From Octopus sinensis (taxonomy: Eukaryota): 64,000 nucleotides of DNA. The stretch spans positions 113,398,001 through 113,462,000 of the forward strand of contig NC_042997.1 in NCBI RefSeq assembly GCF_006345805.1, given 5' to 3'. Under the pieces are notes generated by a model. It was not told the origin of the DNA. It ran no database searches and worked only from the letters and a program-made list of their open reading frames with translations. Positions 36,738 through 48,039 of the stretch are shown here, piece by piece. Both the position numbers and the translations under genes were made by a program. Numbering within the stretch: the stretch's first letter is position 1; the number at the start of each line of letters is the position of its first letter.

Positions 36738-38832
36738 ATTTCAGGAAGCATGAAAGTTTTGAAGGCTGTAGTGTTTCAATAGCTAACAACTGATGCAGGT
36801 AGATTATTCCATAGTTCAGCAATTCTGACTGTGAAAAAATCCTGTGTAATCTGTTGTCGCCTATTTTGATTGTAATATGTACTACTTTTTGGTAAGGGTC
36901 TCATTCCATCAAAGCCTCAAGTCATCTTAGGTCTTGCGAGTGAAATTTGATAAACATAATCTCTGTGGTTGTCAGTCAGGGTGCACCAGTTCAGCTTGTG
37001 GGACGGCTTCAGAGGGAGTTCATTCTATTGCAAATTTTTAGCCCAAGCCTCCAGATGTATTGCTTCCAACTGCAACAAAACATGGGTTAAAGGTCCATTC
37101 TTAACAAAAGTCCAGCCCGAAAAAGGAAAAATAAAAAGATATGGACCCAACTTTTGTTCCTCTAAGCAAACAATAAAAAAAAGCAAAATGTTTTTAAATA
37201 GCAACAGAAGCAGTATTAATATGAGTTTCAAAATTTGGCACAAGGCCAGCAACTTTTTTGATGAGGGAGGAAAAGTTGATTATATTGACCCCAGTAGTCA
37301 ACTGGTACTTATTTTATCGACTCTGTAAAGGATGATAGACAGAGCTGACCTCAGCTGGATTTAAACTCAGAACATAAAGATGGACAAAATGCCGCTGAGC
37401 ATTTTGCCCAGCATGCTAACAATTCTGTCTGCTCGTTACCTTATAAACAGCTTTAATTCCAAAAGGTAATATTTATCCCCAATTAAAAGGGAATGTTATG
37501 TTAGAACACAGAATACTGCTGCTGTAGTTGCCATGAGAGAACCTCTCATATAGACTTATGGTGCATATAAACACTTTTGTTCATATCACTAGTGAAAGAT
37601 AACCAGTGCCAGGACTACCAGGTCACATGATTTCAGCCTTCCTTGGTTTTGTCTATGGTAGATGCCCAAAAGCTAGAGATAGCAGTGATTCCACCTCTAG
37701 TGGTGAACCATATTGTTAGGGCAGGTGTGAGAGACCAGATCTGGTCAGTTTGAAAATAAAACAATATTTTGGCTGGAGATGGCCAGTTTAAATGCTAAAG
37801 AGTTAAAGGTTTCTGATTTAGGTACCATACTAACAAATTTGAGTGGAAGTTGGGCAGCCAATACCATTGACCTTTGTAGCTGACTGGTTCTTTCTTTTAT
37901 TCATTCCAAAAGGATAAAAGGCAAAGTTAACTTTGGCAGGATTTGAACTCAGAATGTAAAGAGCTGGAAGAAACACTGCAACATTAACAATTCTGCCAGC
38001 TTCCCAATTTCTCCCTAATCAACAGAAAACGATGTTGTTTAGTTTATTATTTCTCTTCTTGTATTCTAACGGAATGGGAATGTTATGACAAACATCAGAA
38101 ACTGGAACTAGGAAATAGTTATTTATATTTACTGCCATGTCACATAAAGCTAGGACAAAGGTCAATCAAAAAATGAGAAAAAAATAAAAAATAAAACACT
38201 GATTAACACACATTAATCATGTGCTGCTCAATATTTTTTTATTAATTCAGTGACTGTAAGCCAGCTATCTTGTTGTACAAGGCTTTTCCAAAATGGTTTC
38301 TTATCAAATCTGATGATCAAAAACAGCTGATAAATTTACGTGAACTTTGAACTGTGAATTAGCAATTACACCTGAATATAAACCAAGACACTATCATGCA
38401 CAGATAGATTAATTAATTAATTAATTAATTAAATAATTGATTTAACAGTTTGGTTTCATTATGGGTTTATGATTGGTCTAGATTTCATGTTAACATTTAT
38501 CACTGTGGTCTCTTGTAATAATTGATGTGTTTCTTCCTTGATAAACTCTTCCGATTCTATAACGAGGTAATCAATGATGTAACAGATGTTGCACACTAAT
38601 CACGGCCCAATCAACTATCACCATTAGTCCCTATCAAAAGCAAAACCAGCAGATTTGTTAAATCGAACATCATATCAGGCCAAATCCTTATTAACTTTGG
38701 AGATGCTTGTCTTTCAAAAAAACTCTTCCACCACAATAAACGCTTTTATTTGTAAGATTCAAATGATTTGCTGAAATGGCAGTGGGATTTCAAAGAAAAG
38801 ATAAACTAATTCCACTGTTTCATTCTGCCCTC

Positions 38833-38916
<84 letters not shown>

Positions 38917-38923
<7 letters not shown>

Positions 38924-39031
38924 AATTTACTTGAAAGAGAATGCATGGCGTTCAATCATATAATAATATAAATAATATATATGTATATATGTGTATATAT
39001 GTATATATGTATATATATGTATGTATATATA

Positions 39032-39109
<78 letters not shown>

Positions 39110-39207
39110 TATATATATTATATATATATATATATATATACATATATATTATTTATATTATTATATGACTGAATTCCATGCATTCTCTTCCAAGTAAATT
39201 TTATCTC
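38917..39207. mobile_element. TIR-(TA)n-TIR element
   Basis: gagataaaatttacttg...tcatataataat at left is inverted at right around a (TA)n core; single-arm relatives at ~13036 and ~51128. Confidence 0.7.
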
Positions 39208-39356
39208 ATTATCATCATCATCATTGTTTAACATCCACTTTCTATGCTGGCATGGGTTGGACGATTTGACTGAGGACTGGCAAGCCAGATAGCTGCACCA
39301 GGCTCCAATCTGATCTGGCAGAGTTTCTACTGCTGGATGCCCTTCATAATACCAAC

Positions 39357-39390
<34 letters not shown>

Positions 39391-39392
<2 letters not shown>

Positions 39393-39609
39393 GAGGGGGT
39401 GCTAAAAAGTTCCTGGCTTTGGGTAAAAGAAAATAGAGGAGGATCAGTCAATTATGATTTTATACAACATATACCCCTCTCAGATTCACACACTTATTGA
39501 AGTGGTCCTTCAGTTTTTCTAAGTGTTGTAAAAGAACTTCGAAGCTTGGGCCTCCAACCAGGCCTTTCACAATACTCTTAAAGCCAGGAACTTTTCAGCA
39601 CCCCCTTGT
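39391..39609. mobile_element. Mariner-type MITE
   Basis: TIR gagggggtgctaaaaagttcctggcttt / aaagccaggaacttttcagcaccccctt, next to (TA)n. Confidence 0.8.
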
Positions 39610-40037
39610 GTGTGTGTATGATGATGATTGCCTCATTTTGTCAGTTCACAGCTTTTGTCACTGAATTTAATTGACAAAAGCTTTTACAACACTTTTGCCG
39701 CTCTCTCAAACTAGAGATGGTCATAAAGGAATTTGAGCTTGCTGGAATTTGAACTCAGAGACCCAGGATGAATGTCACTGGTCATTCTCTCTCCAATGGC
39801 TCTGATGCAGATAGTTTATTCCAATGACTCTACCATACCACCACCTTGTCCATCACACCAGACGTCCAGGTACTCTAACTTACAGTCTCTACAATTTCCT
39901 TAAACTTCTCTAATTTCTCTAAAATTACCTTCATTTTTCCAGCATCAACTGATTTAGTCTCTCATCACATTCATTGTTCCAAAGGATTAAATGCAAAACC
40001 AAAGAAGCCCCCTAAAATTCACTCCATAATTGCCCAC

Positions 40038-40112
40038 GGGAATATGGCGTAGTGGTTAAGAGCGTGGGCTACTAACCCCAAAATTCCGAGTTTGATTCCA
40101 GCAGTGACCTGG
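40038..40112 (+). mobile_element. tRNA-head-only SINE ending directly in (TAA)n
   Basis: A box tggcgtagtgg, B-box-like gagtttgattcc; imperfect anticodon stem, so not a functional tRNA. Confidence 0.65.
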
Positions 40113-40151
<39 letters not shown>

Positions 40152-40173
40152 TAATAATAATAATAATAATAAT

Positions 40174-40767
40174 GTGATGAAAAATGGAGCAGACCCAAAA
40201 TGCCGATTCTGCAACGACATGATTGAAACAGTGGACCACCTAATCTCTGGATGTAAAGTCTTAGCACCAGTGGAGTATAAATTAAGACATGACAGAGTTG
40301 GCCAATATCTCCACTGGCTAATAAGTCGGCATTACAATATCAAAACTGCCGACAAGTGGTATAATCACCACCCTGAGGCTGTAACTGAAGGAGAAAATGT
40401 AACGATTCTGTGGGACTTTCCAGTACATACAGACCGAACCATCAAAGCCAATAAACCAGATATTGTTGTGAAAGACCAAAACAATAAAGTTTGCTTATTG
40501 ATCGACATGAGCATCCTCTGTGATCATAATATCTCAGCGAAAGAGTTTGACAAGCTCAGAAAATATAAAGACCTACTCATTGAAATTGAGAAAATGTGGC
40601 ATCTCAAGGCGGTTACAATACCAGTGATTGTAGGAGCACTAGGAATGATCAAGAAGGGAACCGAAAATTATATGAGAATGATCCCTGGCTTACCATCCCT
40701 GCAAGAAGTGCAAAAGATTGTCTTAACTGGTACATCACACGTATTGAGAAGAGCATTGTCGATGTGA
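40174..40767 (+). CDS. Uninterrupted C-terminal 197 aa of an R4/Dong-like LINE ORF (CCHC knuckle, RHD motif, PD-(D/E)xK RLE); 5'-truncated, 3' UTR to ~40947
   Basis: CRFCNDMIETVDHLISGC, RHDRVG, KPDIVVKD...LLIDMS...KYKDL, PVIVGALG; (TAA)n on both sides. Confidence 0.9.
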   Translation: MMKNGADPKCRFCNDMIETVDHLISGCKVLAPVEYKLRHDRVGQYLHWLISRHYNIKTADKWYNHHPEAVTEGENVTILWDFPVHTDRTIKANKPDIVVKDQNNKVCLLIDMSILCDHNISAKEFDKLRKYKDLLIEIEKMWHLKAVTIPVIVGALGMIKKGTENYMRMIPGLPSLQEVQKIVLTGTSHVLRRALSM

Positions 40768-41040
40768 GAACTGTTGCTGCTCATGTATTTTAATTTAACT
40801 TTAAGAAAAAAAAAAAAAAGAATGAACGAACGAACTACTGAGTTTGGTTTAATGGCCTACCAATATATACTATGAGTTTCTTTGCCCTAGGAGTCGGGAA
40901 GACACTCGGCAAGAAATGGAAGCAAATTTGAAAGAAGAAAAAAAAAGTAATAATAATAAAAGAATAATAATAATAATAATGATAATAATAATAATAATTA
41001 TAATAATAATAATAATAATAAAATAATAATAATAATAATA

Positions 41041-41557
41041 AGGTCACAGAAAACGAGAAAGGTCACAGAAAAGGTCACAGAAAACGAGAAAGCAACCATA
41101 CTCTGGGATATGCCGATACACACAGATAGAGAAATTAAGGCCAACAGACCAGATATAGTTGTCAGAGATCATGAAGAAAAAAAATGCTTTCTAATTGATG
41201 TATCAATACCGGCAGATGACAACGTGTCTCTAAAAGAAATGGAGAAACTCTCAAAATACAAAGACCTGGAAATAGAGGTAACTAGAATGTGGAATCTGAA
41301 AACAGAAACAATTCCTATCATAGTAGGTGCATTAGGCATGATAAAAAAATATTCAGACAAATACATAACAAAAACACCAGGACTTACAAACACATATAAC
41401 ATACAGAAAATTGCACTACTAGGCACTGCACACATCCTACGCAGAACACTTTCCATACAATAACCATCAGAGCATCACAACAAATCACAGCACTTACCCA
41501 AGGCACACAGAACTGCGCTCGGTAGTGAAGTGAAAGCACACTATAAAAATAAAACTA

Positions 41558-41560
<3 letters not shown>
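41041..41560 (+). mobile_element. R4/Dong-like 3' fragment (subfamily B), open frame to the stop at 41463
   Basis: WDMPIHTDREIKANRPDIVVRD...KYKDLEIE; reiterated aaggtcacagaaaa at the 5' junction; (TAA)n on both sides. Confidence 0.9.
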
Positions 41561-41634
<74 letters not shown>

Positions 41635-41740
41635 GTTTGGTTTAATGGCCTACCAATGTATACTATGAGTTTCTTTGCCCTAGGAGTTGGGAAGACGCTC
41701 GGCAAGAAATGGAAGCAAATTTGAAAGAAGAAAAAAAAAA
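41635..41740 (+). mobile_element. R4/Dong-like 3' UTR only (same family as 40174-40947)
   Basis: Near-identical to 40842-40947; in (TAA)n. Confidence 0.9.
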
Positions 41741-41820
41741 TAATAATAATAATAATAATAACAACAACAATATTGAAAAATACCTTAGGAATGAGAACCC
41801 AGGTTCGAAATTCCCCCAAG

Positions 41821-41854
41821 ACACCTGATGAAGGCTGGAGCCGAAATATTGTGT
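41821..41854 (+). ncRNA. Minimal type I hammerhead-ribozyme motif in a Penelope-like repeat (~41772-41930)
   Basis: ACAC-CTGATGA-A-GGC-tgga-GCC-GAAA-TAT-T-GTGT; stem III is the palindrome ATAT. Confidence 0.6.
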
Positions 41855-42235
41855 TAACAACAAACAAGAGGAGGACAAATATCCGTCAAATGTAAATAAT
41901 TCCTCTTCTCTTAAATATAGAACTGCAAAGAAATGGAATTGTCTCTGCCCAAGTTTGAACTCATGATGTTGAGATATGTAACTCAATGATGAAATTCCTT
42001 TAACCTGATACATTTCTATATCTACTCCTCTACCTTGAATCATTTTAGGAATTAATGAGAATCCCTTGATATCTACTACTCGTCTTTCTTGAGAATGTTA
42101 AGAAATATAAATAAGATGAAATACGTCTCTAATTAAAATTGATTGGTTTGAGGCTTTAACACGGCAGGTTATTAAATTATATCTATGGTGTCCCTTACAA
42201 CCTGTATTAGTGATTCAGTTGACACTTTCTCTCAC

Positions 42236-42260
42236 CTGCTTTATTAACCTTATTTTCCAT
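42236..42260 (-). CDS. Putative 25-nt exon (MENKVNKAx)
   Basis: Minus strand attatttgtatgattag acceptor, CAG|GTGAGA donor. Confidence 0.25.
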
Positions 42261-42413
42261 CTAATCATACAAATAATGTGCTGCAGACATCTGTCGAGTG
42301 ACATGGCTGTCATTTTTTTTTCACCAAATGTGGAAATTTTCACATTTCTTTTCCCTTTTAGCTTTGTCATTACACTTGTCATTTGATTTCTGCTTGGAAA
42401 TTTATTAAAAATC

Positions 42414-42452
<39 letters not shown>

Positions 42453-42596
42453 CATTGTTATGTTTATTATTCACTGAGGTCAACTTTGCCTTTCATCCTT
42501 TTGGGGTCAATAAATTGAATACCAGTGAAACACTGGGTTTGATGTGATCAACTAGTCCCCGTGCCCCAGATTTCATGCCTTGTGCCTTTAGTAGAA

Positions 42597-42632
<36 letters not shown>

Positions 42633-42650
42633 GAGTGAGAGAGCAGTGCA

Positions 42651-42683
<33 letters not shown>

Positions 42684-42700
42684 CATTGTCATCATCATCA

Positions 42701-42744
<44 letters not shown>

Positions 42745-42747
<3 letters not shown>

Positions 42748-42979
42748 TAGTTTTATTTTTATAGCGTGCTTTCACTTCACTACCGAGCGCAGCTCTGTGT
42801 GCCTTGGGTATGTGCTGTGATTTGTTGTGATGCTCTGATGGTTATTGTATGGAAAGTGTTCTGCGTAGGATGTGTGCAGTGCCTAGTAGTGCAATTTTCT
42901 GTATGTTATATGTGTTTGTAAGTCCTGGTGTTTTTGTTATGTATTTGTCTGAATATTTTTTTATCATGCCTAATGCACC
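42745..42979 (-). mobile_element. R4/Dong-like 3' fragment (subfamily B)
   Basis: Reverse complement of 41330-41560; in (TTA)n, so same polarity relative to TAA. Confidence 0.9.
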
Positions 42980-43041
<62 letters not shown>

Positions 43042-43082
43042 GTTATTATTATTGTTATTATTATTATTATTATTATTATTGT

Positions 43083-43320
43083 TAAGGCGATGAGCTGGCA
43101 GAATCTTTTGCATGCTGGGCGAAATGCTTATCGGTATTTTGTCTGCCGCTAAGTTCTGAGTTCAAATTCCGACGCGGTTGACTTTGCCTTTCATCCTTTC
43201 AGGGTCGATTAAATAAGTACCAGTTACGCACTGGGGTCGATATAATCGACTTAATCCATTTGTCTGTCCTTGTTTGTCCCCTCTATGTTTAGCCCCTTGT
43301 GGGCAGTAAGGAAATAGGTA
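43083..43320 (+). mobile_element. S2 SINE, full length, after (TTA)n
   Basis: taaggcgatgagctggcagaatc...ccccttgtgggcagtaaggaaatagg. Confidence 0.85.
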
Positions 43321-43473
43321 TTTCACCTGTCACTACATTGTGAGTTCAAATTCCACCGAGGTCGGCTTTGCCTTTCCTCCTTTTGGGGTCAATAAATCAA
43401 GTACCAGTTGTGTACTAGGGGCAAATGTCCCCCTCCCCCAAATTTCAGGCCTTGTGCCTATAGGAGAAAGGAT

Positions 43474-43535
<62 letters not shown>

Positions 43536-43544
43536 TTATTATTA

Positions 43545-43579
<35 letters not shown>

Positions 43580-43621
43580 TATTATTATTATTATTATCCT
43601 CATCATCATCATTATTATCAT

Positions 43622-44273
43622 TACCTTTGCACAGCTTCTAATGCTGGAGATGTATTACAGTGTCAGCTGTTCACTACCAGTGAACTAAGGTAACACTTCT
43701 TATCTTTTGAGCACCTTCCGGAGTTTTTGAGAAGTTCCAAACAGTGCTGTTTTCAAGTGCTCCACCCTTATTGCAGCCCCTATTTGTTCCAAGTACTTCT
43801 CAAGATTTTTGCTCACTGTTCCCAGGCTCGGACAATTATTGGTAGTGCTACCATCTTTTACATTGACCACAACTGCTTAACTTCCCAAGCTAACCTGTCA
43901 TATCTATCGACTTTTCTTTTTTCCTTATCGCATATCTAGTTGTTAGCTGGGCATGCTATGTCTATGATGCAGCCTAGTTTGTTTTCTTTCTCAATTAAAA
44001 CTATATCTGGCTTCCGATTCTCTATCTCATGGTCGCACTGAATCATAAAATACCATAGGATCTTTGCATTTCTATTTTCAATGATGCCTTCAGGTTTGTG
44101 GTCGTACCAATTTTTTACTCTGTCAAGTCCATACTTGTTGCAAAGTGTCTAATGGACAAGCCTGGCTATATTGTTGTGGCGTCTCTTATATTCTTTCTGG
44201 GCTAGTGGTGTACATTGGCTGGTAATATGCCATATGGTTTCACCGTTTTATCAACAGATTCTGCACTTACCAC

Positions 44274-44276
<3 letters not shown>
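43622..44276 (-). mobile_element. R4/Dong-like 3' fragment (subfamily A)
   Basis: Reverse complement of 25320-25957; (TTA)n on both sides. Confidence 0.85.
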
Positions 44277-44306
<30 letters not shown>

Positions 44307-46899
44307 GTTATTATTGTTATTATTATTATTATCATTATCATCATCATCATCATCATCAAAGTTGTAAGCTGGCAGAACTGTTAGCATGCTGGGAAAAATG
44401 CTTAGTGGCATTTCATCTGTGTTTATGTTCTGAGTTCAAGTTCTGCTGAGTCTGACGTTGCCTTTCATCCTTTTGGGGTGATAAAATAAGTACCAGTCAT
44501 GTACAGGGGAGGCGGGGGGGAGTCGATGTAATCAGCTTATTCCCGTTAGGAAGGATGCCCTTCCTAATGCCAACCACTCCCTAAGTGTAGTGGGTGCTTT
44601 TTACTTGCCACCGGCATGGGCCAGAGGAGGCTGGCAATGGCCTCGGCTGGCAGAATATTATTTGTTAAACAGAATTAAAGAGTGTGGCAAGAAAACCTCC
44701 CAGATTCACCATTCTTGATCAGTGTTTCAACAAATCTTCAACGTGCATAAATTGAAACCATAATAACTTTTTTTAAAAAATAACAAAAAGATGGAGGAAA
44801 CATTAGCTACATGAAGACATCATTATCATCTGCCTAACTTCACTGGTACGACAACAATAGCTGTATCGAATATGGGAGGTTTTTTTCTGTCTCATCCTGT
44901 ATTAAATGCAAAAATTGACACACTACTGGCAGAGTTGCTCCAGAGTTCTTAGCAAAAGTACTTTAAGCTCAGGCTAAAACATATCAAATCAAGTACACTA
45001 TGTTAAAAAACACATGGAAACTTCAACAAACTTGTTGTGTATTATGAAACAACAAAAAAATGCTGTATTTGGTAATTTTCTTTCATCTTGCTTTGCAAGT
45101 TTTTCAGTTGGATTTGCACACGGTACAGTCGTTGTTTGTCACTCATTCTTTTGTGAACAAAACTACACTAAATGTAGGGATTTTCAGTGAATAGCAAATT
45201 TCTTAACACTATTATTATTAATCAGAGCAGAAAATATCGTATTATTTACAACAAAAGAGTAATTTAATAAGTCCAGTTCATTCATTAACTTGGTTGACAA
45301 TAATGGAATCTAATCCTTCCCTTTTCTTGAGAAATGTTGAAACAAAACAATGATGTATCTGTTCATTCTTAATATGTTTCTGGTAGAATCAAATGCGAGT
45401 ATCTGATGGCTGTTGTTTTCCATAATTGGAAAACATCTCCCACTGTTAGATCATATACTACGTTCATTACACCCATGATTCTTAACATCAATCAAATTTC
45501 TACATTCTGATCTGCCAGAAGATATTAAGAATGAATAGATTCATTATGGTTTAGATTCTTGGTGTTCTCTGTCCAATTCACGAATTATTATCTGTTTGAC
45601 AAGCATCGGCACATATAAGCAAATAATTTGCTGATTTCTATAAACAAGAGCTAGCAGACTTCCTATTTTTGTTTCTTAGAGCATGACTTCAAAAAAAAGA
45701 AAAACAAGGAAACACTGTATATGTCCACACAATCTCCAATCACTCCAACTATATTTAGAAATATGGTAGCAACTTATCCTCCAATATTGTAATTGCCAAT
45801 AAAACAGCCCTCTACTTTAAGGAGAAGCTTGCCGGGAGACGTTTTGCTTCGAAGTTAGTTTGTATGGAGAATCTCTGATCCCCTTTACATTCAAGGAGAA
45901 TTAAGAAGCAGCAAAGAATCTCATTCACACTCACAAACACATATCCCATTAACTTAAACATCACTACAAATAAAGCAAGGGAGTTTCTATCTCACGGAAA
46001 GAGCCATTTTCTGATTACACAAATACTATATACGCTTTAACACATACATCGTTAATGTTAGCTACTCTTGCCTAAACAATATCACTTCCAACATCACACG
46101 AACAAGTTTCCATGTCAAAATCAAGCCACTACTTTGTTTAGGAGATTCTGTCTTTCCACAGCCTTGGTATATCAATAAACCCTCACTCTACTAGAGCAAT
46201 ATGGGGGCTTACTGCTAATGACTTCTAGAAACAGCACAGCCAGCATCTGCACTCCATTAGGAATAGAAACAGGGTAAACTCTACTTCACTGTCTTGTTTT
46301 GTCTGGGATATCATGAGAACCCTTTTCTAACTTTCTAACTTGGAACATTGTTGATAAAGCTCCTCTTTGGTCTAATTATTTGTGTAATTACAGATTCTGC
46401 CTGGTTAAGAAACTGTATATACTAAAAGAAGCCAAGGTATTCATCAACAGATGCAGCTCGGAATTTTGTCAGTGAATAGGTCACAGTCTCAAAGCAACAA
46501 AAATACTTTGGCAAATTAAATTTAAATGTTGAAGTGAATCTAACGGTTTTTGTGTGTTTCTTAAATGGCTTATAAACACCTTCCACACTGCAATTGTTTT
46601 TGTTCCAGCACATGATCTCAGATCAGGTCACTTGCTATGCAAGTACATCTCCGTAACATTTTCAAGTGATTGACTTGGAAAATTATGCCAGTCAACGATT
46701 GCAATGTAGAAGAGTAATGCAAGATAGACTCCTTGCTAAAGAATTTTGAACCTGTTGCTTCTCTTACAACCTACTAGTTTTCTATGGTGTCATATATAAA
46801 TGGCCCGTGGCAGTTCTCACCATGAAGCCTGCTTTGGCAAATGGAAGCCAAATTTACCAGCTCTCAGTTTGGATCTGCCTTTCAAGTCATAGGTAGCTA

Positions 46900-47113
46900 A
46901 AATTTTACTCTGTTTCTGACTCACGAGTCATAACTGTCTATCAAATTTTACTCCATTTCTGACTCATGAGTCATAACTGTCCATTTTTTTTGTCATAACT
47001 ATCCATCAAATTTTACTCCATTTTTGACTCATGTGTCATAACTGTCCATCTTTTTTTGTCATAACTATCCATCAAATTTTATTCCATTTCTGACTCATGA
47101 GTCATAACTGTCC
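46900..47113. repeat. ~43-bp minisatellite carrying TGACTCATGAGTCA palindromes
   Basis: Motif or 1-nt variants at 46917, 46960, 47025 and 47091. Confidence 0.85.
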
Positions 47114-47163
47114 AGCTTCAAACTTAAACTGGACACATTGTACTGAGTATTCCTTTCATTTGT

Positions 47164-47850
47164 ATGCTGGTAGAATGTGTTTATAAAACATCATTTTCTC
47201 TTGGCTTTATTGAGAAAATTCTATAGGTTGTAACATATTTCGTCTAAAATTTCTTGCATTTCGGCAATTTTAACCAATCAGTTACCTCCATTGACGTAAA
47301 TGACATTCTGTGCATAATGAATATGTCCCTCCTTTAAGAAACAGATTGGGTTTATTTACATTTGTGAAGAAAAAAGATACCCTTCCCCCACCCCTAACCC
47401 TAACCCTAACTCTAACCCTAAATCTAAAATAGATTGAAATGCAATAGATCGATACTAGGGTTATAATTATGGGTGACAATTTCATACGACACCGCTACGG
47501 AAAATGGGATTTTTTTCTAGCGGTGTCAAATGAAAATGTCATCCATAATTATGGCCCTAGTATCGATCTATTGCATTTCAATCTATTTTAGATTTAGGCT
47601 TAGTTAGGGTTAGGGTTAGGGGTTGGGGAAGGGTATCTTTTTGTCTTCACAAATGTAAATAAACCCAATCTGTTTCTTAAAGGAGGGACATATTCGTTAT
47701 GCACAGAATGTTATTTACGTCAATGGAGGTAATTGATTGGTTAAAATTGCCGAAATGCAAGAAATTTTAGACGAAATATGTTACAACCTTTAGAATTTTC
47801 TCAATAAAGCCAAGAGAAAATGATGTTTTATAAACACATTCTACCAGTAT
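47164..47850. repeat. ~690-bp foldback element with telomeric hexamers in both arms
   Basis: ~340-bp arms pair almost fully; CCCTAA units at 47392-47421, TTAGGG units at 47604-47621. Confidence 0.92.
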
Positions 47851-48039
47851 TCGAAGTTTAAAACTTTTTAGCTACCTAGAAATTATGTTACAAAGTGCCG
47901 TTCAAAAGGAAAAGATCCGATGCTCCTAAACGCTCAAGGTTCCCCTAGACGTAGTAGATAGTTTATGTTACATAAGAGACTTAATTAGCTGTAATTAACA
48001 CTTCTGCTTGGCGTTGTTTACCCCCACCACTGTACTACC

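Noticed and set aside
39780-39960. Minus-strand exon-like segment DAGKMKVILEKLEKFKEIVET|GTAAGT
   Set aside because: Weak acceptor, and the downstream EYL...QGGG pattern suggests a decayed RTE RT region
40038-40112. tRNA gene (also the S1 and S3 heads)
   Set aside because: Broken acceptor/anticodon pairing, no T-run terminator, multi-copy SINE context
40174-40767. Host restriction-endonuclease-like or defence gene
   Set aside because: It is the 5'-truncated C-terminus of a non-LTR retrotransposon ORF, with paralogous fragments nearby
44650-46330. Unique-looking region with faint LINE-like motifs (PFTFKE..., NKAR)
   Set aside because: Too decayed to assign; no sustained frame or convincing splice pair
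47392-47621. Telomere-telomere fusion scar or true chromosome end
   Set aside because: Only 3-5 hexamers per side, embedded within long non-telomeric inverted arms and separated by ~180 bp; arrangement is CCCTAA...TTAGGG rather than the TTAGGG-CCCTAA fusion junction
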